From positions 938-64,937 of the forward strand of contig JAZQYH010000001.1 in assembly GCA_045633415.1 (NCBI GenBank): DNA of 64,000 nt, in the 5' to 3' direction. The position numbers and the translations under genes were made by a program. Shown piece by piece: positions 37,791-47,582 of this stretch. The DNA is from Oscillospiraceae bacterium. GTDB taxonomy: Bacteria; Bacillota; Clostridia; Oscillospirales; Ruminococcaceae. Below the pieces are notes generated by a model. It did not search any database. It was given only the letters and a program-made list of their open reading frames with translations, and was not told where the DNA came from. Each line of letters starts with the position of its first letter. Position 1 is the stretch's first letter.

Positions 37791-38330
37791 ATGTTGTTAG
37801 TATATTTATCGTCTATAGAAGACAGTCGGGAAAAAAGCAGATTCAGGCTGTTTTATGAAAAATACATAGGGTTAATCAACTATGGGGCAGGACAGCTGAC
37901 GTCGAATCCTGCTGAAAGAGAAGACATTGTCCACGAGACTTTTTTACGAATTATTTCACAGTTTGGTTCTATAAGAACTGATAATGAAAAAGAGACTGTA
38001 TCCTTGGTGTATACCATTACAAAATATTGCGGTATTGACTATTTGCGTAAAAACAGAAAAGAACTGTATCTTGAAGATTTGACACAGGAAGAAATACCTG
38101 AACAGATTGCCAACGAAGAATTTATGGTGGACAAAGTGTACATAAATAATATTGTGGAAGCCATCGACAGAATGGACCCAATGTACTCCATACCACTGCA
38201 GCTAAAAACAGATGGGTACACAATTGATGAAATAGCTGTTTTTCTTGGCATAACACAACAAAGTGCAAAGGTGCGTATACATCGAGCAAGAAAAATATTG
38301 AAACAGGAATTGGGGTGTGAAAATGGCTGA
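37791..38330 (+). CDS. ECF-type sigma-70 family RNA polymerase sigma factor
   Basis: 179 aa. Region 2 is EDIVHETFLRI...DYLRKNRK. Region 4 HTH is YTIDEIAVFLGITQQSAKVRIHRARKIL. Confidence 0.85.
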   Translation: MLLVYLSSIEDSREKSRFRLFYEKYIGLINYGAGQLTSNPAEREDIVHETFLRIISQFGSIRTDNEKETVSLVYTITKYCGIDYLRKNRKELYLEDLTQEEIPEQIANEEFMVDKVYINNIVEAIDRMDPMYSIPLQLKTDGYTIDEIAVFLGITQQSAKVRIHRARKILKQELGCENG

Positions 38331-39006
38331 TAAAATATCATTTGAAAATGCTTTGTCCATAGCGATAGGGCAATACAAATGTAAACAGTTGGACACAATT
38401 CCTGATTTACAACAGCTGGCAAGCGAGTTTGTCCCATCATCTGACTTTATAGAAAAAGCAGAAAAAATAATCAGAAATGCTGAAAGCAGACATAAAAAAT
38501 CTGGCTTGGATAATCTTAAAAAGATTGCTGTAATAGTAGTGCTGTCTTTTGTGTTGCTGTCAAACTCTACAGTGGCAACCGCCATAAAAAATGCGTTGCC
38601 TAGTTTTATTATCGAATGGTATGACAAATACACTGCAATATCAACTGTATCGGACATAGAGGGCTTTTATGTGATTGATTTTGTCTTGAACTATGTTCCT
38701 GATGGATATTATATGATAGATGGTGATAAGTATGACAAAACATATGTAAATGGAGATTTGCGTTTCAGAGTAAGCGTTAATTTAGAAAGTAACTATTCTT
38801 CATATAATGTTGACAATGAATATACTACTTTTTATGAAATAGAAATTGATGGTATAAAAGGTGTCAAACATGTTCACGAAGATGGCTATAACGGATTAAT
38901 TATGTCTGCTGACGGTGTAAGGTATCATATCACAGGCACAGCAGCACAGGAGGAAATGGTGAAAATATACCAAGGTGTTGAAGTTATACTGGGTGAGCTG
39001 GAGTAA
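38323..39006 (+). CDS. Anti-sigma factor-like membrane protein with a DUF4367-like C-terminal domain
   Basis: ATG 38323 overlaps the sigma gene end. Has a single TM (IAVIVVLSFVLLS). The C-terminus NGLIMSADGVRYHITGTAAQEEMVKI is typical of DUF4367. Confidence 0.65.
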   Translation: MADKISFENALSIAIGQYKCKQLDTIPDLQQLASEFVPSSDFIEKAEKIIRNAESRHKKSGLDNLKKIAVIVVLSFVLLSNSTVATAIKNALPSFIIEWYDKYTAISTVSDIEGFYVIDFVLNYVPDGYYMIDGDKYDKTYVNGDLRFRVSVNLESNYSSYNVDNEYTTFYEIEIDGIKGVKHVHEDGYNGLIMSADGVRYHITGTAAQEEMVKIYQGVEVILGELE

Positions 39007-39009
39007 TAT

Positions 39010-39411
39010 ATGGACTTGATTATGAAAAATAAACTGTTGGTTGCTGTCGGCACAGCTATAGCAGTGGTGTTTATGCACATAGGTAAAAAGAAAAAAGTCA
39101 CTGACAATGTGTCATACACAGATATTACCGGTACATATTGCATGGAAGATACCCATGGTAAAACAGATAAAACCTATTTTGTAATCAATAAAAATGGTAA
39201 CTTTGTCCTGTATAGCAAAAATGCTGTTTTGGCACAGGGAAAAATGGTGAATAATGCAAGACAAAAGAAATTGTCAGCAAAAGATGGATACACAGTTTAT
39301 TACAGAGACAATTATAAAAATATACTGATTGAAAAAAACAACAAGCAATCTTTATTTGAAAAAATATCAGACATACCTATATATATAAATGTAAACACTA
39401 ACTACAACTGA
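39010..39411 (+). CDS. Hypothetical membrane-anchored protein
   Basis: 133 aa with an N-terminal TM (LLVAVGTAIAVVFMHI). GGAG lies upstream. No family recognised. Confidence 0.5.
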   Translation: MDLIMKNKLLVAVGTAIAVVFMHIGKKKKVTDNVSYTDITGTYCMEDTHGKTDKTYFVINKNGNFVLYSKNAVLAQGKMVNNARQKKLSAKDGYTVYYRDNYKNILIEKNNKQSLFEKISDIPIYINVNTNYN

Positions 39412-39478
39412 ATCTATCACAATTTTGACAAAAGTGAATTATATACTATAATTAAGACAAGGTATCGGAGGTGTGTTT

Positions 39479-40474
39479 ATGAACTTTTCAAATTGGGATA
39501 ATAAAGGTTCTGGCAAAATACTGGAAAAACTGAAATCCAAATCAAAGAATTTTTCTGTAGATAATTATGGACTTTTGATTGTGGTACTTTGTGCGGCAAT
39601 TTTTATGGGGCGTACCATCTGGACTTTTGGCGGGGTGCATAACCCTATTACTGCCAAAAAAGTGGAAAAGCGGGGCAGGGAATATCTTGATACCAATTAT
39701 CCTGGAGTTTATGAACAGGTGAAAACCCAGAATTCCGGCACAGCAAATCAAAATCAGGATGGTAACTGGGGTATTTACTATTTTCAACGTGAAAAAAACA
39801 ATGATATGTTCAGCAAAAACACAAACCTGTCTTTTACCCTTGTATTTGATGATGAGTTAAATATAGTTTCTGATGGATACAGAGACGTTTACTTGAAAGG
39901 TGGCACTGTTTACAGTAATTGTTCATCCCAGTTTTACCGTAATGTGCGGGATTTGCTTTACCCAGACTACAGCAATAACCCTATTCCCCTTGATGGTACT
40001 TTTATAGAAAAACTGTATGATTATGATTTGGAAAACACTCATTTTTATGAAGCAGGTGACTACACCAATTATACAGGTGATTATTTTGACCCTGCTGTGG
40101 AATATGACCAACGGGAAATGGAAGCGAAATACGGCAGGATAGACATCAAAATGGCAATAGAGGACGGCACCTATGATGACTATGTGCAGGCTGTAAAATC
40201 AGTGGTTAAAAAGCTGGATGAAAATAATCAGCCATATCATTCCTTGCACCTGTATATGTATTTCAGAGACAATGAAATTCTGTTCTGCGATGCTGATTTT
40301 ACCAAAGAGCAGATAGATTCAGGTCTGGACAGCCTTATAGGAAATGAATCCTTTGTGTACACACGCACAGATGAAGCTAATCTGAAAGCACAGGGGTTAG
40401 AAGTCCCAATGGTTGAAGTAGGCTCTTTTTCGGATTTAATAAGGGAATTATATAAAGAATCAAAAGAAAAATAA
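39479..40474 (+). CDS. Hypothetical membrane-anchored protein
   Basis: ATG 39479 has GGAGG 7 nt upstream; the track start at 39473 is GTG. Has a single TM (GLLIVVLCAAIFMG) and an Asp/Tyr-rich ectodomain. No family recognised. Confidence 0.55.
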   Translation: MNFSNWDNKGSGKILEKLKSKSKNFSVDNYGLLIVVLCAAIFMGRTIWTFGGVHNPITAKKVEKRGREYLDTNYPGVYEQVKTQNSGTANQNQDGNWGIYYFQREKNNDMFSKNTNLSFTLVFDDELNIVSDGYRDVYLKGGTVYSNCSSQFYRNVRDLLYPDYSNNPIPLDGTFIEKLYDYDLENTHFYEAGDYTNYTGDYFDPAVEYDQREMEAKYGRIDIKMAIEDGTYDDYVQAVKSVVKKLDENNQPYHSLHLYMYFRDNEILFCDADFTKEQIDSGLDSLIGNESFVYTRTDEANLKAQGLEVPMVEVGSFSDLIRELYKESKEK

Positions 40475-40477
40475 ATA

Positions 40478-40512
40478 AAAAAAGACTGTTGCCTTTGCAA
40501 CAGTCTTTTCTT
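40478..40512. terminator. Hairpin B (AAAAAAGACTGTTGC-cttt-GCAACAGTCTTTTC), bidirectional terminator
   Basis: Same stem sequence as hairpin A. Lies between convergent genes. Confidence 0.8.
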
Positions 40513-40513
40513 T

Positions 40514-41449
40514 TTATAATCCTAATTCTTCTGGTGTTCTTAATTTCTGGTGTTTGAAAATCGGCACATTGTAGTGTGCTCCCAGTTTTCTTACCAAATC
40601 TTTGTAACAGCCCTTCATTTTGTCGTGGAAGAAAATACCCTCGATACCGCCTTCAATGGCGTCTACACACCTGCATGCACGGTCAAAGCCGTCTTCATTT
40701 TCATAAGCGCCAGAAACCAGCCACTGATTTGCAATGATATGTGTTACACCAAAGGTTTCGTTTTCACCCCACTGTGTAAAAACAGCCTGTGCAAAGTTTG
40801 GCTCAAAGTGTACGCCACCAACACAGAGAATATTGTGTACTTTCATACCATCGTCATTGAATATCTTTGTAAGACTGCGCGCCAATGCACGGCAGGCTTC
40901 CATATTCTGCCAGCAATTTTCGCTGGAGCCTACTTCAATATCCATCATAGGCACAGGGAACTGGAGGAGTTCCTCTGGGTTGCCTACACCTGCATGTACA
41001 CCAGACCAGTGTGTAGCTTCTGTCACCACACTGTACTCTGTAAGACCAAGTTCAACCCTGTTTGTTTCAAATGCCATCATCAGATTTCTCATCAGTCTTG
41101 GCTTTGCACCACCGTAGTTTCCACTGTCCACATCACCAAGAGAATGTACTGTCAGCACATTATCAGGTGCATTTGTACCTTCGTGCCATGTAACCATAGC
41201 AGAAATATCACAGTCAGCAAAATATTTGTTCATAAGCGGCAGATAGCGTGGGTAGGCAAGACACACAGCGATATCAGTTGGTGCAAAATAAAATTCGTTT
41301 TCACCCTCGGTGTATTTCATTATTTCCTGACCATCAAAATCCCAGCCAGTATTTTCAGCCAGATAGCCTTCTTCTTTAAGTATATCCCACACGTTATGGG
41401 ATACATGACCGTAGCCTCTGTTTGTGTTGATAAAGTAAACAGCCTTCAT
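40514..41449 (-). CDS. D-aminoacyl-tRNA deacylase, DTD2 (archaeal/plant type, tRNA_deacylase fold) homologue
   Basis: Start chosen at MKAVYF (GGGGGA SD). Motifs TEATHWSG, IEVGSSENCW and CVGGVHFEP match from memory the YEATHHGP, IEIGSSEEEW and GIGGGHYAP motifs of Pyrococcus DTD2. Confidence 0.6.
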   Translation of the reverse strand: MKAVYFINTNRGYGHVSHNVWDILKEEGYLAENTGWDFDGQEIMKYTEGENEFYFAPTDIAVCLAYPRYLPLMNKYFADCDISAMVTWHEGTNAPDNVLTVHSLGDVDSGNYGGAKPRLMRNLMMAFETNRVELGLTEYSVVTEATHWSGVHAGVGNPEELLQFPVPMMDIEVGSSENCWQNMEACRALARSLTKIFNDDGMKVHNILCVGGVHFEPNFAQAVFTQWGENETFGVTHIIANQWLVSGAYENEDGFDRACRCVDAIEGGIEGIFFHDKMKGCYKDLVRKLGAHYNVPIFKHQKLRTPEELGL

Positions 41450-41538
41450 AAAACGTTCCCCCATAAATATATTATATACATTATATTATCAACAGGATTT
41501 TTAATCAATAAAAAAGAGCGGTTTTGCCGCTCTTTTAA

Positions 41539-42513
41539 TTATTTTATTCTGTTTTTGATTATTCTTATATCGTCACCGACAAAGAACAGTGTATCACAGC
41601 TACCCAGAAGTCTTGATGAAATTTTTTCACCGTATTTTTTCTGCAGTGCATTTTGTGAAGTAATGTTTGAAGTGTAAATACAAGGCTTACCTTCAATCAT
41701 TCTGGTGTTTACAATGTTGTAAAGCACGCTTAAAGAATAATTTGTCAGACTTTCAGCACCAAGGTCATCCAGAATAAACAAATCACAGTGGATAATATCA
41801 CTTACCACATCTTCATCAGTATATCTGCTTTGTTCGATTTTGCTGAAAAGACTCTGTGCAGAGGAGTACATTACTGTATAGCCATAGCTCATTACCACAT
41901 TTGCTATGGAGCAAGCCAGATGGGTTTTGCCCAGCCCGGCACTGCCCAGCATCAATATGCTTTTGTTTTTTTGTGAAAAATTCTCTGCATAAGAAACACA
42001 GTATTCATATATCTGCTTCATCTGGCTATATGGTACTACCATTGTGCCGTTGGACAATTCTTTGGCTGTTTTTGGGTACATATCCAGATTGAATGTTTCA
42101 AAGCTGGCCTGTGGTGCAGGTGAAAGGACTGTCAGGAATTTTTGTCTTTGTCTTGTGATTTCTTCTTTAAGACACTGGCAGGCCTTGCCTTTTATAAATC
42201 CTGTATCTTTGCATACAGGGCAGAAATATTCCATTTCCAAGTCTTTTTTGGAAAAACCGTGTTCTTTCAGTAACTGGGTGCGTTTTTCATCCAGCTGGTC
42301 CATTTCTGCACGCAATTTGTCAGCTTCTGGCTGGTTTTTACCAATTACGGCCAAAGTATAGCTGGCGCCCAGACTGGTGATTTCATCAGTCAGCTGGCTG
42401 ACCATAGGCACTTTATTATTTATTTCTTCCATTTTGGCAAAATATTTTGCTTTCATGGCAAGCCTGCGGTTTTCCAATACAGAATAGGCGTTGTTATAGC
42501 TTTCACCGCTCAT
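41539..42513 (-). CDS. DnaI/DnaC-like helicase loader ATPase
   Basis: 324 aa. Zinc motif is CPVCKDTGF...CQC. Walker A is GSAGLGKTHL and Walker B is LFILDDLG. Confidence 0.8.
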   Translation of the reverse strand: MSGESYNNAYSVLENRRLAMKAKYFAKMEEINNKVPMVSQLTDEITSLGASYTLAVIGKNQPEADKLRAEMDQLDEKRTQLLKEHGFSKKDLEMEYFCPVCKDTGFIKGKACQCLKEEITRQRQKFLTVLSPAPQASFETFNLDMYPKTAKELSNGTMVVPYSQMKQIYEYCVSYAENFSQKNKSILMLGSAGLGKTHLACSIANVVMSYGYTVMYSSAQSLFSKIEQSRYTDEDVVSDIIHCDLFILDDLGAESLTNYSLSVLYNIVNTRMIEGKPCIYTSNITSQNALQKKYGEKISSRLLGSCDTLFFVGDDIRIIKNRIK

Positions 42514-42516
42514 TAA

Positions 42517-43404
42517 TTATTCTCCTTTGTTGAATACAGGTACGATGTTCATGCCCTGAAGAATCAGGTCATCGTCATCGTCAATGTTTTTACCAGATAG
42601 ATTTTTAAAGCTGAACTCTCGCTGGATATCATCCGGATTTTTATAGCCTTTCTGTGCCCAGGATTTCAGTATGCCGTTACAATATCTGATATTGGCATTG
42701 GTGCCGGCAGACTCAAATGCGCTTTTTATCATATCGCCAGACATATTAAGTGTTTCATACCAGCCGTTGATAATTGTTTTTTCGCTGGTTGTCAGTTTAT
42801 CTTTGTTTAAGCTGAAAATTGTGCAAACTTCGCTGTAGGCTTTTTCTCTTGCTTCCATGGTAAGAATGTAGCTTTCAGCTTTATCAGCAGATGTAATGCC
42901 CTTCTTTTCAAAAAGGTTCAGTATTACTCTGGCTGTATATGCAGGGCCCTTGCTTGCTGGGGCGAGATACATTGTCAGCACTAAAATAACATCCACAGGC
43001 ACATTGTTTTCCAGATACAGGTTAATAAATGTGTTTGTACCTTTTTCGTTGATGGCCTGTCCATATATTTTCTGAAGCTGATTAACCAAAATTTCAATTT
43101 CCGGGTGACTTTCTGAAATTTTCAGAATATCAGTTGCAGACAACAGCTTTTTCTTTTTAGGTTTTGCATTGTCTTCATCTTCAGCCATTATAATGCCTTT
43201 GTCCGCCCAGAACAGTAAGCTGGACTGAACACTGGACATAGAAATATCCAGATTTCTGGCAATATCCATTGGGTCAGCCTGGCCTTTCTGCAGTGCATAA
43301 AGGATAACTTTCAAATCATTATCCCTTGTATTATATAAATTTTCAAAAACAGCCATAGGAACTTCCGGTCCTATGACTGCCTGTTTGAGAAGATGAAACT
43401 TCAT
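42517..43404 (-). CDS. DnaD-domain replication initiation protein
   Basis: 295 aa. Winged-helix N-terminus; C-terminal DnaD repeat with IINGWYE...IRYCNGILKSWAQKG. Confidence 0.8.
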   Translation of the reverse strand: MKFHLLKQAVIGPEVPMAVFENLYNTRDNDLKVILYALQKGQADPMDIARNLDISMSSVQSSLLFWADKGIIMAEDEDNAKPKKKKLLSATDILKISESHPEIEILVNQLQKIYGQAINEKGTNTFINLYLENNVPVDVILVLTMYLAPASKGPAYTARVILNLFEKKGITSADKAESYILTMEAREKAYSEVCTIFSLNKDKLTTSEKTIINGWYETLNMSGDMIKSAFESAGTNANIRYCNGILKSWAQKGYKNPDDIQREFSFKNLSGKNIDDDDDLILQGMNIVPVFNKGE

Positions 43405-43406
43405 AA

Positions 43407-43730
43407 TTATTTTTTACCTTTTTTGCCAGCTGCTGCTTTTTCACCGAGTGCGCTTCTTTCAAAGAAAACGTAAACGAGGATGCATGCACAGATACCGCCT
43501 GCACAGTAGAACAGGAAAAGTACCAGGTTGAATACTTCCATGTTAATGTTCAGAAGACCTTCGCCACCTGCACACATAACAAATGCCAACAGTACATAGA
43601 TTGCATATGTAATTGCAACTTTTACAATAGACTTTTTAAAGCCCCATTTGTTTACAAGAAATGCAATAGCAGAACAGCAGAACAGTGCATTCAGCGGTGC
43701 TGCAATAGCATACTGAGTAATTGCGTTCAT
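43407..43730 (-). CDS. Small membrane protein, unknown function
   Basis: 107 aa with 3 predicted TM helices and a Lys-rich tail. SD is GGAGG. Confidence 0.55.
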   Translation of the reverse strand: MNAITQYAIAAPLNALFCCSAIAFLVNKWGFKKSIVKVAITYAIYVLLAFVMCAGGEGLLNINMEVFNLVLFLFYCAGGICACILVYVFFERSALGEKAAAGKKGKK

Positions 43731-43964
43731 AATAACCTCCGAATATATATAATATACTTATTTATAAGATAACACCTATAAAATCAATTTTATAATTTTT
43801 TTGATAATATGTCAATCAAAACCCGTCAATATTTTGTGAATATTTACTATAGTCAAAAATAGTACTAAACTAATTGTGATTAAATCACAAAAAACTTGAA
43901 AATTTTTGTAATATTTGCTAATATGATATCATAGTTAATATGAATTAATGGAGGATTTAATATC

Positions 43965-44243
43965 ATGGAATATACAAGAAGACACAAAGGCGTTTGCTCA
44001 AGAGCATCAATGGTTGAAATCAACGAAGATGGTGTTATCACAGCAGCTAAAATTATTGGTGGTTGCGATGGTAACACAAGAGGTCTGTCACAGATTGTAA
44101 TTGGTCTGCCAGCAACATTTGTTATCGAAAAATGGAAAGGCACACCATGTATGTTCAAAGCAACATCATGCCCAGACCAGTTTGCTATCACAATCGAAGA
44201 AGCACTGGCAAAAATGGAAGAAGAAAAAGCAGCTAAAGCTTAA
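43965..44243 (+). CDS. TIGR03905-type TSCPD-domain small protein (4 conserved Cys)
   Basis: 92 aa with GVCSRA, GGCDGNTRG and ATSCPDQ. Confidence 0.65.
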   Translation: MEYTRRHKGVCSRASMVEINEDGVITAAKIIGGCDGNTRGLSQIVIGLPATFVIEKWKGTPCMFKATSCPDQFAITIEEALAKMEEEKAAKA

Positions 44244-44252
44244 TTGATATTT

Positions 44253-44279
44253 AAAGGTGGTCACTGACCACCTTTTTTA
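44253..44279 (+). terminator. Intrinsic terminator
   Basis: AAAGGTGGTC-actg-ACCACCTTT followed by TTT. Confidence 0.85.
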
Positions 44280-44341
44280 TTTGTAAAAATTCTGATATTG
44301 ATGTATTATAAAATAAAAGTATTTTTTTAAAGAGGGTAATT

Positions 44342-44929
44342 ATGGATAATCGTCTTAAACAGCAGCTGGAATTTTCTCTGGAAATAGATAAAGAAAAAAA
44401 TATATTCAGACAGACACATTTATCAGGTTATGGCAGACAGGAAAATGATGCAGAACACGCATGGCATATGGCTATTATGGCTTATTTGTTGCGAGAACAT
44501 TCAAATGTGCCTGTGGATATAAGCAAGGTAATGCTGATGTGCCTTATTCACGATATAGTTGAAATAGATGCAGGTGACACCTATGCCTATGACGAGGTAA
44601 GCCTTAAAACTCAGAAAGCAAGGGAAGATGCCGCCAAAGAGCGCATATTCTCTTTATTGCCACGGGACCAGAAAGAAGAACTGATAGCACTGTTTGACGA
44701 ATTTGAAGCGTATGAAACACCAGAATCAAAATTTGCTCATGCTATGGACAACATACAGCCACTTATACTGAACAATTCCAATGGTGGCGGTGACTGGAAA
44801 GAGCATGGTGTGTCAGCGTCACAGGTGTATGGCAGACAAAGTAAAACAAAGCTTGGTTCAGAAAAGATTTTTCAGGTGGCAGATGCCATTATTCAGGAAA
44901 ATATCAGAAAAGGTAATATAAAAGAATAA
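44342..44929 (+). CDS. HD-domain phosphohydrolase (YfbR-like 5'-nucleotidase type)
   Basis: 195 aa with ENDAEHAWHMA and HDIVEIDAGD. Confidence 0.8.
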   Translation: MDNRLKQQLEFSLEIDKEKNIFRQTHLSGYGRQENDAEHAWHMAIMAYLLREHSNVPVDISKVMLMCLIHDIVEIDAGDTYAYDEVSLKTQKAREDAAKERIFSLLPRDQKEELIALFDEFEAYETPESKFAHAMDNIQPLILNNSNGGGDWKEHGVSASQVYGRQSKTKLGSEKIFQVADAIIQENIRKGNIKE

Positions 44930-44970
44930 AAAACAGGGTACTGCATTTGCAGTAACCTGTAGTATTTAAA

Positions 44971-45549
44971 TTATTTAGCAATTGTAAGTTTGCCGTCGAT
45001 GTATGCGCCGTGGTTGATTGTGATGTATTTTGTTGTGATGTTACCTTCAACATAGGACAGTTCATCAAAGCTGGAGTCGCCGGAGATAACCATATCACCA
45101 GTGATTTTACCAGAGCAAACAATGCTTTCTGCGCTGATGTTACCTCTGATTTCAGAACCAGCAGCAACAGTGATTTTGCCAGCAACAGTTACATTACCTG
45201 TAACAACGTCAGAGATGATTTCCAGATTTTTAGCTTTAATGTTACCTTCTACTTTAGAGTGGATGATTACATTGCCGTCAGATACGATGTCACCTTTGAA
45301 AATACCGCCGATTTCTACATCGCCTTTGCTGTTAAGTGTGCCTTCAAAGTAAGTGCCTTCGCCCAGAACAGTTTTCTGGTAAACAACTTTTTCTGGAGCA
45401 GCTGCTTTAACTTCAGGTTTTTTTGCTTCAGCTTTAGTTTCTTTCTTTGGTTCTACTTTTGCTGCAGCTTCTTCCTTTTTTTCGTTAGGGTCTTTGCCGA
45501 TACCAAACATTTCAAACATTGCCTGGTTAAAGTTTTCTTTAGAGCTCAT
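44971..45549 (-). CDS. Bactofilin family cytoskeletal protein
   Basis: 192 aa. Lys/Glu/Ala-rich N-terminus, then repeated beta-helix segments (GDIVSDGNVIIHSKVEGNIKAKNLEI...GNVTVAGKITV). Confidence 0.8.
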   Translation of the reverse strand: MSSKENFNQAMFEMFGIGKDPNEKKEEAAAKVEPKKETKAEAKKPEVKAAAPEKVVYQKTVLGEGTYFEGTLNSKGDVEIGGIFKGDIVSDGNVIIHSKVEGNIKAKNLEIISDVVTGNVTVAGKITVAAGSEIRGNISAESIVCSGKITGDMVISGDSSFDELSYVEGNITTKYITINHGAYIDGKLTIAK

Positions 45550-45569
45550 ATTTTTTCTCCTTATTTTGG

Positions 45570-46466
45570 TTAATTATATGCGAACAACACAGGCTTAGTC
45601 TGCGGTGTCAATCTATCAAAAGAGTATCCCTGCTCTTTTAATTTCTGAATAATAATTGGTAATGCCTGAACAGTTGTTGTTCTGGAGTGGGAGTCGTGCA
45701 TCAGAACAATAGGTCTGTCTGTTTTTGCAACCCCTGACATTACGTTGTTAACAATATCATTTGTGGACAACAGCACAGCGCTGGCATCACCTGAAGAAAC
45801 GTTCCAGTCATATGGAATAAATCCTCTGCGCAGCATTTCGCTGATAATATCCTGATAAACCCGATAGTTATAGCTGTTTACACTACCACCGGCAAACCTG
45901 AAGTGTGTTGGTGTCACACCGGTGGTTTCTTTTATAAGTGTAAAGATTTTATACATATCGTCCAGATAGTCGTCTACTGAATTATAAATCTTTCTGTACT
46001 GATGGCTGTATGTATGCATTGCCAGTGTATGACCCTGGTCTACAATGTCTCTCATCAGCTGTTTTGATGTGGCATCTGTAGCACCAACCACAAAGAATGT
46101 GGCTTTTACTTCTTCTTCTGCCAGTATTCTCAGAACTTCCGGAGTTCTGGCTGATGGGCCGTCGTCGAAAGTAAAGTAAACAGTCTGCACTGAAAAATCT
46201 GTGGCGTCAAGTTCCTGTGGAGCGTAAAAATCCGGATATTTGTTTTGATATTCTGGAATTTCAGGTTCAATTTTCACATCGGAATAATCGTTGTAATAGT
46301 CATAGGAGTCAAGCAGTATTTTTGACATTGGAATCAGTTCAGTTTCAGCAAGAAGGTTTTCATACTTTTCCTTGTAATGCAATGTGGTATGCACAGGAAT
46401 CAATATGGATATGATTACTACAAGTAAAATCATATTTTTGAAAAATCTTACACTACCAAAATACAT
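45570..46466 (-). CDS. Polysaccharide deacetylase (NodB homology domain), membrane anchored
   Basis: Start chosen at MYFGSV (AGGAG upstream); the track start is TTG. Has FTFDDGPS, ATFFVVG, HTYSH and LMHD. Confidence 0.85.
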   Translation of the reverse strand: MYFGSVRFFKNMILLVVIISILIPVHTTLHYKEKYENLLAETELIPMSKILLDSYDYYNDYSDVKIEPEIPEYQNKYPDFYAPQELDATDFSVQTVYFTFDDGPSARTPEVLRILAEEEVKATFFVVGATDATSKQLMRDIVDQGHTLAMHTYSHQYRKIYNSVDDYLDDMYKIFTLIKETTGVTPTHFRFAGGSVNSYNYRVYQDIISEMLRRGFIPYDWNVSSGDASAVLLSTNDIVNNVMSGVAKTDRPIVLMHDSHSRTTTVQALPIIIQKLKEQGYSFDRLTPQTKPVLFAYN

Positions 46467-46744
46467 TAAAACTGAACTCCTGCTATTGACTGGATCTATT
46501 TGCGATGGGGGCAAAAATAGTTACCTGTCGCAAACACATATAGAATTATTCTATAATAAAAGCCTTATTTTGTCAAATATTAGCTATCATATTTAATAAA
46601 TATGCAAATAAATGGATTATATGCATATATCAAATGCATAAAATTAAATGTGACTGAATTGTAATATTCGCAAAATATGTAGAATATTGATATTGAAACA
46701 TATAAATTGTATAATGGTATATATAGATTGGAGAAGGATTGATT

Positions 46745-47569
46745 ATGAAATATGCGCAGGATTTCAGAGGAATAGCAAGAAACGCATTAAAGGGCAAATG
46801 GCGTCTGGCGGCATTTGTAGGTTTTCTGGCAACACTTATGGGCGGAGGCATTGGAGTAAGATCTGTTTCATCAAACTGGAGCTCAAGCAGTGAATCATCC
46901 AGCAGTATTTTTGAACAACTGCCATCAATAGACATCAGCCCACGGGCTATGAAAATCATACTGATTGCACTGCTTCTTTTACTGGTTTGGATGATAGTGC
47001 TTATCGTTATCAGCGGCGCCGCCACATTGGGCTATGCAGTTTTCAACCTTAAGATTATAGATGGCGAAGACGTTTCCACACACGACCTTTTCTCACGGTT
47101 CAATCGCTTAGGCGACGGCTTCTGGATGAACTTTGGGGTAGGATTGTACATTACTTTGTGGTCGCTTCTGTTTGTAATCCCTGGTATAATCAAAAGCTAC
47201 AGCTATTCTATGACACCGTTTATTATGGCTGAAAATCCTGATATGAAAGTGGATGCCGCCATTACAGAATCCCGCCGTATAATGGATGGCAATAAATGGC
47301 GTCTGTTCTGCCTTAACTTCAGTTTTATCGGCTGGCAGTTTTTATGTCTGATACCTGATATAATAGGTCTTTTAATATCGCTTTATTTAGTGATGACTAC
47401 TGGCAACTATGTATTTTTGCTCCTGCTTATTCCTTGCGGTATCCCATCATTTATAGGTGGTCTGTTCCTGCGTCCGTATATGTCGGCGTCTATGACTGCT
47501 TTTTACAGAGAAATTTGCTTTGCAAAAGCTGCACCTGAATTTATCCCAACACTGGACAATATAGATTAA
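46745..47569 (+). CDS. DUF975 family membrane protein
   Basis: Starts MKYAQDFRGIARNALKGKWRLAA, followed by a polytopic membrane protein. The track start at 46739 is TTG. Confidence 0.7.
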   Translation: MKYAQDFRGIARNALKGKWRLAAFVGFLATLMGGGIGVRSVSSNWSSSSESSSSIFEQLPSIDISPRAMKIILIALLLLLVWMIVLIVISGAATLGYAVFNLKIIDGEDVSTHDLFSRFNRLGDGFWMNFGVGLYITLWSLLFVIPGIIKSYSYSMTPFIMAENPDMKVDAAITESRRIMDGNKWRLFCLNFSFIGWQFLCLIPDIIGLLISLYLVMTTGNYVFLLLLIPCGIPSFIGGLFLRPYMSASMTAFYREICFAKAAPEFIPTLDNID

Positions 47570-47582
47570 AAGGAATGAATAT

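Noticed and set aside
40550-41677. 375-aa + strand ORF
   Set aside because: It is antisense to the DTD2-like gene, runs across an intergenic terminator region and has an implausible composition.
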